From: Candidatus Coprosoma sp.
GTDB lineage: Bacteria > Bacillota_I > Bacilli_A > RF39 > UBA660
Reading direction: 5' to 3'
Assembly (NCBI GenBank): GCA_963928595.1
Contig: CAWVFK010000025.1
Span: 4,070-68,069, forward strand
DNA: 64,000 bases
Below the pieces are notes generated by a model. The model searched no databases, had not been told where the DNA came from, and was given only the letters and a program-made list of their open reading frames with translations. The first letter of the stretch is position 1, and each line of letters begins with the position of its first letter. The translations under genes were made by a program, and so were the position numbers. Shown here one piece after another: positions 26,701 to 35,935 of the stretch.

Positions 26701-28254
26701 TAATTCTAGAGTATCGATTACGGTGTTTGTAAATTCACTTAGATTATATTTACTATGAGCCATAACGATGAATGATACATCGAATTTAGCATTGTGGGCA
26801 ACCATAGGAAGGTCCCCTACCCACTCCATAAATCTTTTAACAGCGTTTTCTTCGGTGTCTTTATCCTGCAACATTTCATCGGTTATATTAGTAAGTTCAG
26901 TAATTTTGGCAGGTAATTTTCGTCCTGGATTAATTAATTCATCAAATCTATCAACTATTTCTCCATTGTCTATTTTAACAGCACCTATTTCGATAATTGA
27001 GTCAGCACCACCGGCATTAAATCCTGTTGTTTCTAGGTCAAAGACAACATAAGTTGTTTCTAATAATTTTTGATCGGTTGGTCTTAATACGATATTTACG
27101 GTGTCATCAATTAAGGTTAATTCTGTACCATATAAAGCTTTGAATTTATCTTTGTCCTCTTTACCTTTGTTGTACTTAGTAACTAAATTAAAGACATGTG
27201 GGAAAGCTTGACAGCCATTATGGTCAGTAATAGCAATGGCTTTATGTCCCCAGTTCATGGCTGTCCCTACTAGTTTTACTTCGTCCGCAACACCATCCAT
27301 TTGACTCATTTTAGTATGAGTATGGAGTTCAACTCTTTTTCTTGGGGCTTCGTCTTTTCTCTTTTTATCCTCTTTCATAGATACATTGATATCTCTAGCG
27401 TTTAAAACTATTTCACCTGAGTATTTGTCGTTTTTGGTGTAACCTCTGATGATATAATATTTTCCTTCTTTTAGAGATTTTTTATATTTATCAAATTCGT
27501 CATCTTCTCTACAGAATATTTTACAGTACATACTATCGGTATCATCAGTTATTTTTAGAGTGATGATTTTAAAATTGCTTTTAGATGATTCAAAAATATC
27601 AATACCAAAGATTTTTGCATCGACAGTGACATTATCCATTTCAAAAGTAACTAGGTTTATAGGTGTTGGTTCCTCAGTAATTTCTCTTCCCATGATAAAT
27701 GGACTTTCCTTTTTTTCGGTTACTTTAGGAATTACTTTAGTTTTCTCTTTTTCGATTTCTTCTCTTAATTCTTGAGCTTTAGTTTCATCAATTCTAGTGA
27801 TAACTTTGATATTAAAACCGGTGTTTTGTAAATCTTTTTCTAAAGGTGATTTGATACTGTTAAATTTCATTTCTTCGGCTTTATTAGTAAGATCAATTAA
27901 TAAGTTGTCATCATCTAGTTTTAAAGGAAGACTAACAAACATTTTTAAAAGCGGAGCTTCTTTACTGTAATTTTCTAAAAAATGACGATAATAATCAGTT
28001 AATGTTTCAAGATCAAAACTAGTTGTGGTGATTTGTGATTTAACAGATTTGACATTAAAAAAACGAGTTTTCAATTTTTGTGAAAAATCTAAATAGGTTT
28101 GCAGTGGTAGTGGGTTTGTTAAAGACAAGCAAAAAACATATTTGTCTTTAGCTTTGTTACAAACAATTTTATTTAATTTACCACCTTCAAAATGGTTTTT
28201 TTCGGCTGAATCTATCTTAATTTGATCTAATAATAACTGTAATTTATCATTCAT
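23722..28254 (-). CDS. polC: DNA polymerase III alpha subunit, PolC type
   Basis: 1510 aa with a PHP domain, an inserted DEDD 3'-5' exonuclease (VVFDLETTG ... AHNAKFD) and a zinc finger CPKCKH...CPKCG. Confidence 0.97.
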   Translation of the reverse strand: MNDKLQLLLDQIKIDSAEKNHFEGGKLNKIVCNKAKDKYVFCLSLTNPLPLQTYLDFSQKLKTRFFNVKSVKSQITTTSFDLETLTDYYRHFLENYSKEAPLLKMFVSLPLKLDDDNLLIDLTNKAEEMKFNSIKSPLEKDLQNTGFNIKVITRIDETKAQELREEIEKEKTKVIPKVTEKKESPFIMGREITEEPTPINLVTFEMDNVTVDAKIFGIDIFESSKSNFKIITLKITDDTDSMYCKIFCREDDEFDKYKKSLKEGKYYIIRGYTKNDKYSGEIVLNARDINVSMKEDKKRKDEAPRKRVELHTHTKMSQMDGVADEVKLVGTAMNWGHKAIAITDHNGCQAFPHVFNLVTKYNKGKEDKDKFKALYGTELTLIDDTVNIVLRPTDQKLLETTYVVFDLETTGFNAGGADSIIEIGAVKIDNGEIVDRFDELINPGRKLPAKITELTNITDEMLQDKDTEENAVKRFMEWVGDLPMVAHNAKFDVSFIVMAHSKYNLSEFTNTVIDTLELSRALDTGYARHSLSALVKRYDVPWDESAHHRGDYDAEGTALVFHKMLKKLVSRNFETIKDLDKLVSKDEIHKYGTSYHVNILAKNKKGLKNLFKIISLANTKYLYKTPRILRSEIEKHREGLLIGSGCYESEIFRLARSKNDEELVNLINFYDYVEVQPPAVYDHLLQMGDFANKAELLEHIKKIIRVTKEAGKIIVATGDVHQIEPEDRIYREIIVNQKVPGGGRHPLAKKDIKQIPSQHLRTTEEMLEDFSFLPKELAEEIVIDNPNKIADMIDIIEVIIDTGGIPFAPKIPNCTETTTDMVYDKAESVYGKPLPYNIEERLAQELYGEEPMNIIKKHAEKQGLKDEEYNKYIYSELNKVMRSYYDGVKNFVKEDIKETNPDLNEEELNKQAEDKLTGIIGAHFDVIYLIAQKLVKKSNDDGYLVGSRGSVGSSLVATFMGITETNGLPAHYVCPKCKHSIFEIDGRPLSQDYDCGFDLPDMNCPKCGTKMKKDGEDMPFATFLGFHADKVPDIDLNFSDLNQAAAHEYTKVLFGVDNVYRAGTIGTVATKTAFGYVKGYCEDKGISMRTAEVERLAGGCTGVKRTTGQHPGGIVVIPGYMDVFDFTPFQYPADDVNSAWRTTHFDYHAIDQDVLKLDILGHSGPTKLRLIQNITGDDVTKVPLDDKETMGIFLSPKPLGVTKEQIMNDTGTLGIPEFGTPFTLQMVKETKPKTFSELVKISGLSHGTDVWNGNARDLIEQGVVPFSEVIGCRDDIMTYLIKEGMDRLKAFKIMEFVRKGKASKEPEQWAEYVKELKAAGIADWYIESCRKIKYMFPKAHAVAYVINAFRLAYYKVHQPSVYYAAQFSAEYDDFDIEAMIKGYDAVRARIVEINEKGFDATNKESSVLECLKVALEALARNIKFKPVDLYKSHYHDFVIDDDGNLIPPFRAIDGLGEVVAKNIVEEREKRPYISIEDLQKRAKISATLIEKMRSMGILDGMDESSQLTLF

Positions 28255-28474
28255 TTTTAATCACCTTTTTTATTATAACACATAGAATTATCTTTTTATC
28301 ATTAAAAGCGTATAAAAGTTTGCTTTACATTTGCTTTAAATGTATTTTTTACGTTTTTAATATTTTTGTTTTTAAATGCTGTTGGTAATATTTTTGCGAG
28401 ATGTAGTAATAAAAATGAAAGATAATTATTTGAAGATTTTTAGAAAATGTAAAATAAAGGTAAAGAAAAAAGGC

Positions 28475-30649
28475 CTATTTTAAGACCTTCGTTTTCGGTT
28501 TTGATAATTCTTTGTAGTTTAGATTGAAGTAAACTATTCTATGAGGTATCGATACTTCTTTAATTAGGACATATACCCTTTCACCTAATCTTAATTTATT
28601 ATTGTGACCGATTGCTTTAGCGTGGGCAAGATCAGATGGCGTGACATGACCAATGACATTATTGTCTAGTCTAATTTCGGTATCATATGGTGTCATATTA
28701 ATAATTCGGCCGGCATAAATTTTGCCACTATCTGATTCATATTCTCTTTGCATGTATTCAGCCATTTTTAAATCTAATGTTTCTTTTTCGGCCTGATCAG
28801 CTTCTCTTTCCATAAATGAATCGTGTTCACATATTTCTGGAAGTGTTTGATAATAATTCAAAAGAGTTGGAATGTCATATTGTTGATATGGATTAGTTAA
28901 GCGATGAACCATTAAGTCAGGGTGTCTTCTAATTGGTGAAGTAAAATGAGTATAATAGGTTAATCCTAAACCATAATGTCCTTCGCATTCTGGAGCATAT
29001 TTAGCTTTACTCATACTTGTTAAAATCAAATGAGAGATAATTGGATAATTTTCATGACCTTTGAAATAATCTAAGAAGAAACTGAGGTCGTTAGAATTAT
29101 AATGACCATTTTTTATTTTATTAATCAAGATATCAATTGTTTCTTTAGAGCATATTTTTTCTTTTTTTAGTGTTTTTAAAGCTTCTATAAGGTGATCATC
29201 ATTTGGATTACCATGAACACGATATACCTGAGGAGTGTCTAACCACTTATGATATTCAGCGACACTAGTGTTGGCGGCAATCATAAAGTTTTCTATTAAT
29301 CTTTCAGCAGTATTTTGATGACGAGCTTCAAATTTTAATGCTTCACCAGTTGGTGAGGTAATAACTTTTACTTCATCAGAGGCAAAGTCTAACTTTCCTT
29401 CCTTTTTACGATTTCGTGTTAGAATTTCTGACAATTCTTCCATGATTTTTAAGGTTGGAACAAACTCTTCATAACCGCTTGGAATAATATTCTTTTCTAA
29501 TATTTGATTAACATCGTCATAATTCATTTTCTTTCTCGAATGAATAACACTATCATATATTTGGTAATCTAAGATTTCACCTGATTGAGAAATAAGCATA
29601 TCGACGGTTTTAGTTAAGCGATCGACTCCTTCATTTAGTGAACAAATACCATTAGATATTTGATGAGGGAACATTGGAATTACAGAATCAGCTAAATAAG
29701 CCGAAGTTCCTCTTTTTCTAGCTTCGATATCAAGAGGGCTATCCTCTTCAATATAATGACTGACATCGGCAATATGGACACTTAAAATATAATGTCCATC
29801 TAAGGTTTTCATAATACTTATAGCATCATCCATATCCTTGGTGTCTTTACCATCAATGGTGAAGATTTGTCTATCTCTTAAATCAACCCTACCTTCTAAG
29901 TCTTCTTTCATAACTCTATCTGGAATAGTTTTTAACTGCTCGATAACTGCTTCTGGAAATTCTTTGAAGAAACCGTGTTCTGCAGCTATTGTAGCTATTT
30001 CAATATCTGGATCATCTTTATGTCCAACAACTTTTTCAATGTGCCCTTCAAAAACCGATTTGTTTTCAATAACAGCAATGCGCTCTTTATCAACAGTAAC
30101 AAGTACTCTATTACCAGTGACTAACTGTCTTAATTCTTCTTTTGGACATATAACTGTGACATTGCCATGAATAGTATATGGAATGAATTCGCCGTCACCA
30201 ACATATTCAAAGATTGTTTTGCCATTAGCTCTTTTAACTATCTTTTCGACTTCAGCATCGGCATAATTGGTTTTTCCATGATGAATATTTCTTAAAACAA
30301 CTATATCGCCTTCTAAGGCTCCGTTTAAGTGTTCCTCGTTTATTAAATATTTAGTTTTACGACCTTTATATTCAACAAAAACAAAGCCACTACCCATACG
30401 GTTAATATGAATCTCACCTTGAACTTTACCTAATTGTTTTGCATCAAATTTTTTATAATAACCATCATCATCGAGATAAATTTCGCCTTTTTCTTCTAGC
30501 TCATTTAAGGCATTAATAAAAGAAGCTTGCATGGTTTCTCCTTTGACGTGCATAGCCTTTCGGAGTTCATCCACAGTAAGCTTCTTTAAATCTACATTAT
30601 TCATAATTTCTGTTTTGATATCTTCAATGTTTTGTATTTCTTTTGTCAT
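28475..30649 (-). CDS. rnr: ribonuclease R
   Basis: 724 aa with cold-shock-like OB folds, an RNB catalytic domain (FTIDGKDTKDMDDAIS, HFTSPIRRHPDLMVHR) and a C-terminal S1 domain. Confidence 0.93.
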   Translation of the reverse strand: MTKEIQNIEDIKTEIMNNVDLKKLTVDELRKAMHVKGETMQASFINALNELEEKGEIYLDDDGYYKKFDAKQLGKVQGEIHINRMGSGFVFVEYKGRKTKYLINEEHLNGALEGDIVVLRNIHHGKTNYADAEVEKIVKRANGKTIFEYVGDGEFIPYTIHGNVTVICPKEELRQLVTGNRVLVTVDKERIAVIENKSVFEGHIEKVVGHKDDPDIEIATIAAEHGFFKEFPEAVIEQLKTIPDRVMKEDLEGRVDLRDRQIFTIDGKDTKDMDDAISIMKTLDGHYILSVHIADVSHYIEEDSPLDIEARKRGTSAYLADSVIPMFPHQISNGICSLNEGVDRLTKTVDMLISQSGEILDYQIYDSVIHSRKKMNYDDVNQILEKNIIPSGYEEFVPTLKIMEELSEILTRNRKKEGKLDFASDEVKVITSPTGEALKFEARHQNTAERLIENFMIAANTSVAEYHKWLDTPQVYRVHGNPNDDHLIEALKTLKKEKICSKETIDILINKIKNGHYNSNDLSFFLDYFKGHENYPIISHLILTSMSKAKYAPECEGHYGLGLTYYTHFTSPIRRHPDLMVHRLTNPYQQYDIPTLLNYYQTLPEICEHDSFMEREADQAEKETLDLKMAEYMQREYESDSGKIYAGRIINMTPYDTEIRLDNNVIGHVTPSDLAHAKAIGHNNKLRLGERVYVLIKEVSIPHRIVYFNLNYKELSKPKTKVLK

Positions 30650-30717
30650 TATTTCCCCACCCTACATTTTCATTATAACGAGTTTTTAAACATTTAACAA
30701 TAGTTTATATTGAATTT

Positions 30718-31431
30718 CTAAAAATTGTTAAAAATGAAGATGTAACGGTCTTTTCCAGTTAAATCTTTTTCGGTAATGATTTTAGCGTGCGGTAAGTAGT
30801 TTTGAGCGAGTTTAGTAATGGCTGCACTTTGAGTCATACCAATTTCAAAGGCGATAAGACTTTTCTCTTTTAAGAATGGTTTGACATTTTCTAAAATATT
30901 TCGGTAAAAATATAAACCATCTTCTTCAGCATATAATGCGAGATGAGGCTCATTATCTTTGACTAAGTCATCAATAACTTCATCTTTGGCAATATATGGT
31001 GGATTACTAATAATGATATCGAATTTTCCTTGAACATTTTTTAAAATATCGCTTTGTTTAAAGTCTATTTGAACGTTATTGCGTTTTGAATTAATTTTAG
31101 CTATTTCTAAAGCTTCTTCGGAAATGTCGGTGGCCAAAACATGACAAGAAAGATGTTTTGCTAAAGTAATGGCAATAGCACCACTACCAGTACCTATATC
31201 TAATATGTCCAATGGTTCGGTTAGTTCTTTGGCATAATTTATGGTTTTTTCGACTAATGTTTCAGTTTCAAATCTTGGAATTAAAACATTTTCGTTTACT
31301 AAAAGATTAACATCATAGAAATCGACATTACCAACAATATATTGAACAGGCTTGCCTTTTTTTAACTCTTTTAAGCCGGCTTCTAATTTATCTTTAGGAA
31401 GATATCTTTTTAAATATTCTATATCGGTCAT
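30718..31431 (-). CDS. prmC: release factor glutamine N5-methyltransferase
   Basis: SAM-binding DIGTGSGAIAI and catalytic NPPY. Directly abuts the prfA stop. 237 aa, shorter at the N-terminus than the usual length of about 280 aa. Confidence 0.85.
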   Translation of the reverse strand: MTDIEYLKRYLPKDKLEAGLKELKKGKPVQYIVGNVDFYDVNLLVNENVLIPRFETETLVEKTINYAKELTEPLDILDIGTGSGAIAITLAKHLSCHVLATDISEEALEIAKINSKRNNVQIDFKQSDILKNVQGKFDIIISNPPYIAKDEVIDDLVKDNEPHLALYAEEDGLYFYRNILENVKPFLKEKSLIAFEIGMTQSAAITKLAQNYLPHAKIITEKDLTGKDRYIFIFNNF

Positions 31432-32487
31432 TTAAGCTTCTTTTAATTTTCTGTTTTGGTCTTCGGTAATTAGAGCTTCAATAATATCGTCCAAGTTGCC
31501 TTCCATAACTCTATCTAAGTTCTTAGTGGTATAGCCAATACGGTGATCAGTAACTCTATTTTGTGGATAGTTATATGTTCTGATTTTTTCTGATCTATCA
31601 CCAGTACCAATTTTACTTCTTCTTTCTGAACCTAATTTTTCTTCTTGTTCTCTTAGTTTTGCTTCATAAAGACGGGTTCTTAGCATCTGCATAGCTTTTT
31701 CTTTATTTTGAATTTGGCTTCTTTCATTTTGACAAGTAACAACAGTATTAGTTGGCAAATGAGTAATTCTAACGGCACTATCTGTGGTGTTGACGCATTG
31801 TCCACCAGCTCCAGTACTTCTATAAACATCGATTCTTAAGTCACCAGGATTGATTTCAACATCGACTTCTTCGGCTTCTGGCATAACTAGGACAGTCGCC
31901 GTTGAAGTATGGACTCTACCTTGGGTCTCGGTTACTGGAACTCTTTGAACTCTATGAGCACCTGATTCATATTTCAATTTTGAATAAACATTATCACCTT
32001 TAACCATGAATTCAACTAATGGATAGCCGCCAGCATCAGAATGTTCTTCAGATAATACTTCGATTTTCCAGCCTTGTTTTTCAGCATATTTGGTATACAT
32101 TCTATATAAGTCACCCGCAAAGATATTAGCTTCATCGCCACCAGCAGCTCCTCTGATTTCAACGATAACGTTTTTACCATCGTTTGGATCTTTTGGAAGT
32201 AAAAGAACTTCAATCTCACTTTCTAGCGTTTCTTTTTCTTTATTTAATCTGTTTATTTCCTCTTTGGCGAATTCTCCTAATTCGGAATCTTTAGTCATCT
32301 CTTTAGCTTCTTCTAAATCAGATTCTATTTTTTTATATTTTTGATATGCATCGTAGGCATCTTTTAGAGAAGCTTGTTCTTTAGATAATTCTAAAGTCTT
32401 TTTAATATCACTTAGAACTTCCGGTTTACTGAGTTCACTAGAGAGCTCATTATATTTTTCTTCAATCGCGATTAATCTTTCTATCAT
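31432..32487 (-). CDS. prfA: peptide chain release factor 1
   Basis: 351 aa with a PxT-type region and a GGQ motif ([23 protein letters not shown]). TTGCTT-N17-TATAAT promoter upstream. Confidence 0.97.
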   Translation of the reverse strand: MIERLIAIEEKYNELSSELSKPEVLSDIKKTLELSKEQASLKDAYDAYQKYKKIESDLEEAKEMTKDSELGEFAKEEINRLNKEKETLESEIEVLLLPKDPNDGKNVIVEIRGAAGGDEANIFAGDLYRMYTKYAEKQGWKIEVLSEEHSDAGGYPLVEFMVKGDNVYSKLKYESGAHRVQRVPVTETQGRVHTSTATVLVMPEAEEVDVEINPGDLRIDVYRSTGAGGQCVNTTDSAVRITHLPTNTVVTCQNERSQIQNKEKAMQMLRTRLYEAKLREQEEKLGSERRSKIGTGDRSEKIRTYNYPQNRVTDHRIGYTTKNLDRVMEGNLDDIIEALITEDQNRKLKEA

Positions 32488-32682
32488 TTCTCATCACCTT
32501 TTTCGCAATAAAATTATACTATATTTTATGGCTTTAAGCAAATGTGTATATCTGTTTCAATTATTTAACAACTTGGAATTTTCTTGTTGAAAACAATATA
32601 ACTATTTGTTATACTTATGTGTAAGGAATATTTAATAGTTGGGCGCGGCCTCTACTCTTTTACAAGAATGGAGGTGGTGTTT

Positions 32683-32760
32683 ATGACTAAAAGAGATAAC
32701 TATTTCTTTTTCATAATTCTACTTCTATTTATTTTAGTATTCACTTTACTATATAAATAG
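32683..32760 (+). CDS. type I toxin-like small hydrophobic peptide, copy 2 (MTKRDNYFFFIILLLFILVFTLLYK)
   Basis: Not in the ORF track (25 codons). TTGAAA-N17-TGtTATACT promoter (32587..32615), about 60-nt leader, GGAGGTGG SD (32670..32677). The N-terminus MTKR is shared with copy 3. Confidence 0.6.
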   Translation: MTKRDNYFFFIILLLFILVFTLLYK

Positions 32761-32872
32761 AAACCGACGCCTAACTCATCAACAGTGAATTAGGCGTCCA
32801 AACACTTTTTGGTCACGTTCAACATTTGCGTATTGAATGTTCCTTTTTTATATTATGAAGTTTCCTTCGTCT
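32755..32872 (-). ncRNA. putative antisense (antitoxin-like) small RNA, copy 2
   Basis: TTGCCG-N17-TAAAAT promoter (32879..32907, minus strand). Same block order as copies 1 and 3 (GTATATAGACGAAGGAAACTTCAT ... AAAGGAACATTCAA ...). Terminator GACGCCTAA/TTAGGCGTC (32766..32798), with a T-tract that overlaps the toxin stop. Confidence 0.55.
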
Positions 32873-32952
32873 ATATACATTTTATCATAAATTTAACTTT
32901 ACGGCAAATACAAATATTTAATGTATGTTTGCTTTTTTTTAATTGAATGTTT

Positions 32953-32978
32953 TAAAAAATGAACTTAATCAAGTTCAT
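32953..32978 (-). terminator. rho-independent terminator overlapping the rpoE stop
   Basis: ATGAACTT (32959..32966) / AAGTTCAT (32971..32978), with an A-run at 32954..32959 on the plus strand that gives a U-run on the minus strand. Confidence 0.55.
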
Positions 32979-33423
32979 CTTCGTCTAAAATAGTTAAATC
33001 ATCATCGTCAACGTCATCGACATCATCTAAATCAGGATCGTCGATTTCTGAATCGTCATCCATATCATGAATATCATCTGGTGCCATATCGTCTAGTTCA
33101 TCATCTAATTCATCTTCAGTTTCGGTTAAATCTTCTTCATCTTCAGTATCTTCTTCATTTAAAGTTACTTTAACTGAGTGACGATCTCTTAAATCCCATG
33201 TGGCATCGTCTAGTAAAATAAACGTTTTATCAGTGGTTAAGGTTGTATAAAAGTCTCCTATTTTATTCGCATAATCTTCATCTGATAGGCCTAATAAATC
33301 ACAAATTTTCTTAAAAATAGTTGGTGTGTTTAAGCTCTTTTTTTCTTCTTTTAAAATCATAGCAGCTAAATCTGTATATGAATATTGTTCCAATTCCTCT
33401 TTAGACATTTTTGATAGTTTCAT
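32965..33423 (-). CDS. rpoE: DNA-directed RNA polymerase delta subunit
   Basis: N-terminal HARE-HTH-like domain (YTDLAAMILKEEKKSLNTPTIFKKICDLLGLSD ... WDLRDRH) followed by a long D/E tail. Confidence 0.88.
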   Translation of the reverse strand: MKLSKMSKEELEQYSYTDLAAMILKEEKKSLNTPTIFKKICDLLGLSDEDYANKIGDFYTTLTTDKTFILLDDATWDLRDRHSVKVTLNEEDTEDEEDLTETEDELDDELDDMAPDDIHDMDDDSEIDDPDLDDVDDVDDDDLTILDEDELD

Positions 33424-33479
33424 AATATACCTCCTAAATCATTTTAGAATTAATCTTAGAACATTGTATCATATTCTAT

Positions 33480-33842
33480 CTATGTGTCAAGGGAAAATTT
33501 CAAATTATATGTAAAGGTGTCAACTACTATCCCATTCGACTTTATTTTATAAGTAATTTTTAATTCATTATTTTTTTGAATTAATTCACTTGTAATAGTT
33601 TCTAATTCTATTATTCCATAATTAGTTATGTATGTTCCATCTAATTTTATACCTTTTTTTAGATTTAATTTTAATTTATATTCGGCATTTCTTTCAATGG
33701 TTATTATATTATCGAATATTACTTTGGTCTGGACATTTCCATCATTATAGATAATTTGATTATCTTTTTTTATGCCTTTACCTTTGAAAATATGATTTTC
33801 TTCGCTATTTTTTAATGTTGCTTCTATTTTAACTTTACTCAT
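33480..33842 (-). CDS. DUF1934 (YwiB-like) beta-barrel protein
   Basis: 120 aa. The alternating beta-strand pattern and the position next to rpoE are consistent with the DUF1934 family. No motif is decisive. Confidence 0.5.
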   Translation of the reverse strand: MSKVKIEATLKNSEENHIFKGKGIKKDNQIIYNDGNVQTKVIFDNIITIERNAEYKLKLNLKKGIKLDGTYITNYGIIELETITSELIQKNNELKITYKIKSNGIVVDTFTYNLKFSLDT

Positions 33843-33942
33843 GTTTATTTACCTCGCACAAAGATTATAACATATATATGCTTTTTTTACTTATATTTTT
33901 GAAATTTTTTCCAATAATAATTTTAGAAAGCGGCGTGATTTT

Positions 33943-35925
33943 ATGGAAAGAAAAAAGATAAAAAAAAGCAAGAAGTCAAAAAAATGGTTATTTATTATTA
34001 TTGGAGTTATTCTCTTTTTTATTATTCTTTACTTCGGTATATATTTATATGCACGTATGCAGCCAAAATTACCAATAACTGGGGCGAACGGATATCATTT
34101 ATACGATATTAATGGTGATGTATATACTGCAAGTTCGGATAAAACGGTTAGTTTAGATGAGATTTCTGATGATTTAATTAATGCGACAATTTCGGTTGAA
34201 GATAAAAATTTTTACAAACATCAAGGATTTGACTTTTTAAGAATTATTAAAGCTATGATGGTCAATTTAACTTCTGGGGAAACTTTACAAGGCGCTTCAA
34301 CAATTACTCAGCAATATTCTAAAAATTTATTTTTAGATTTTGACAAAACTTGGGACAGAAAGATTAAGGAGGCATGGATTACAATTAGATTAGAAGCTCA
34401 TTACAGCAAAGATGAGATTTTGGAAGGTTATTTAAATACGATTAATTATGGCGGGATATTTGGGATTGAAAATGCTTCTAAATATTATTTTAACAAGAGT
34501 GCGAAAGATTTGAATTTAGCTGAGGCAAGCATGCTGGCGGGGATACCAAAAAATCCTAGTAAATATTCGCCTTTAGTTGATGAAGAAAGTGCGAAATCAA
34601 GGCAAAAGATTATTTTAAATTCAATGGTAAAAAATGGATATATAACACAAAACCAAGCAGATGCGGCTTATAAAACTAAACTTAATTATGAAAAGAGTGA
34701 AGATAGTGATAATTTGAAAATGATGATGTATTATCAAGATGCGGTGATGGAAGAGTTAAATTCAATTAAGACCATTCCCTCTTCCTTTTTAGAAACAGGT
34801 GGACTTAAAATTTATACTAATTTAGATATTGAGGCTCAAAAGGCTTTAGAAGACAGTGCGAATAAAAACATTACTAATCCCGATATTCAATTGGCGGGTG
34901 TGGTGATGGATCCACAAACCGGTAAAGTTTTAGCCCTTTCAGGCGGAAGAGATTATAACAAGAGTCAATATAACCGAGCAACCATGGCTAAAAGACAAGT
35001 TGGTTCAACAATTAAACCATTCTTATATTATTCGGCTTTAGAAAATGGTTTTACACCATCGACAACGTTTACTAGTGAAAAGACAACATTTAGTTTTTCA
35101 AATAATAAAACTTATACGCCGAAAAATTACAATGATGAATATGCGAATGGGCCGATAAGTTTAGCGGCAGCAATCAGTTATTCTGATAATATTTATGCGG
35201 TTAAAACACATCTATTTTTAGGTGATGATGCTTTGCCTGATATCTTAAAGAGAGTTGGTATTAATGAAGAGTTGAATACCTTGCCTTCTTTAGCGTTAGG
35301 AGCAGAAGAGATAAATATGATGGATATGATGGCAGCTTATAGTGCTTTAGCTAATGAAGGATATAAAATTGAGCCATATTTTATTAGTAAGGTTACCGAC
35401 ATGGAAGGAAATGTTTTATACGAATATAAACCTAATCCAGAAAATGTTTTAAATAAAAATACGGTATATATTTTAAATGAACTTTTAACGACTACTTATG
35501 CGAAAGAATTTAAAGATTATAATACACCAACATGTCTTAGTATTGAGCCCAAAATGACACACAAATATGCCTTAAAATCAGGAACAACAAATACCGATAA
35601 TTTGATTTTTGGTTATAATAAAGAGCTATTAGTTGGAATGTGGACAGGATATGACGATAACAAAGATGTTTCTAGTCAAGATAGTTCGAATTTAAAAAAT
35701 GCTTGGGTTGATATTATGGAAACATATTTAGAAGGTAAAACTGATGAGGAAACATGGTATGAAACACCAAGTAATGTTGTTGGGGTGGCGATTGATCCGA
35801 TTAGTGGTAAAGCGGCTACTGATAGTTCGAAAGCTAAAATTTTGTATTATATAAAAGGAACTGAACCAACTGAAAATAAAAGTTCCTTGGATGAAGCTAT
35901 TCCAACGGTAAAAGTAGAAGAATAA
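33943..35925 (+). CDS. class A penicillin-binding protein (glycosyltransferase + transpeptidase)
   Basis: TM anchor, GT51 motifs (ISVEDKNFYKHQGFD, GASTITQQYSKN, RKIKEAW) and a transpeptidase SxxK (GSTIKPF). Confidence 0.9.
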   Translation: MERKKIKKSKKSKKWLFIIIGVILFFIILYFGIYLYARMQPKLPITGANGYHLYDINGDVYTASSDKTVSLDEISDDLINATISVEDKNFYKHQGFDFLRIIKAMMVNLTSGETLQGASTITQQYSKNLFLDFDKTWDRKIKEAWITIRLEAHYSKDEILEGYLNTINYGGIFGIENASKYYFNKSAKDLNLAEASMLAGIPKNPSKYSPLVDEESAKSRQKIILNSMVKNGYITQNQADAAYKTKLNYEKSEDSDNLKMMMYYQDAVMEELNSIKTIPSSFLETGGLKIYTNLDIEAQKALEDSANKNITNPDIQLAGVVMDPQTGKVLALSGGRDYNKSQYNRATMAKRQVGSTIKPFLYYSALENGFTPSTTFTSEKTTFSFSNNKTYTPKNYNDEYANGPISLAAAISYSDNIYAVKTHLFLGDDALPDILKRVGINEELNTLPSLALGAEEINMMDMMAAYSALANEGYKIEPYFISKVTDMEGNVLYEYKPNPENVLNKNTVYILNELLTTTYAKEFKDYNTPTCLSIEPKMTHKYALKSGTTNTDNLIFGYNKELLVGMWTGYDDNKDVSSQDSSNLKNAWVDIMETYLEGKTDEETWYETPSNVVGVAIDPISGKAATDSSKAKILYYIKGTEPTENKSSLDEAIPTVKVEE

Positions 35926-35935
35926 AAAAACATTC

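Noticed and set aside
23753-27775. Five plus-strand ORFs inside polC (23753, 24587, 25044, 26768, 27560)
   Set aside because: All are antisense shadows within a continuous, well-supported 1510-aa PolC frame. The same reasoning applies to the ORFs inside pyk, serS, polA, rnr, prfA, the ABC gene, ftsX, yitT, rny, greA and the 440-aa gene.
28390-28460. Possible degenerate copies of the 38-nt repeat (ATATTTTTGCGAGATGTAGTAA; ATTATTTGAAGATTTTTAGAAAATGTAAAA) and a CodY-box-like ATTTTTAGAAAATG
   Set aside because: They match only half of the element, or match it with a large internal gap. In DNA this AT-rich, this level of similarity is not compelling.
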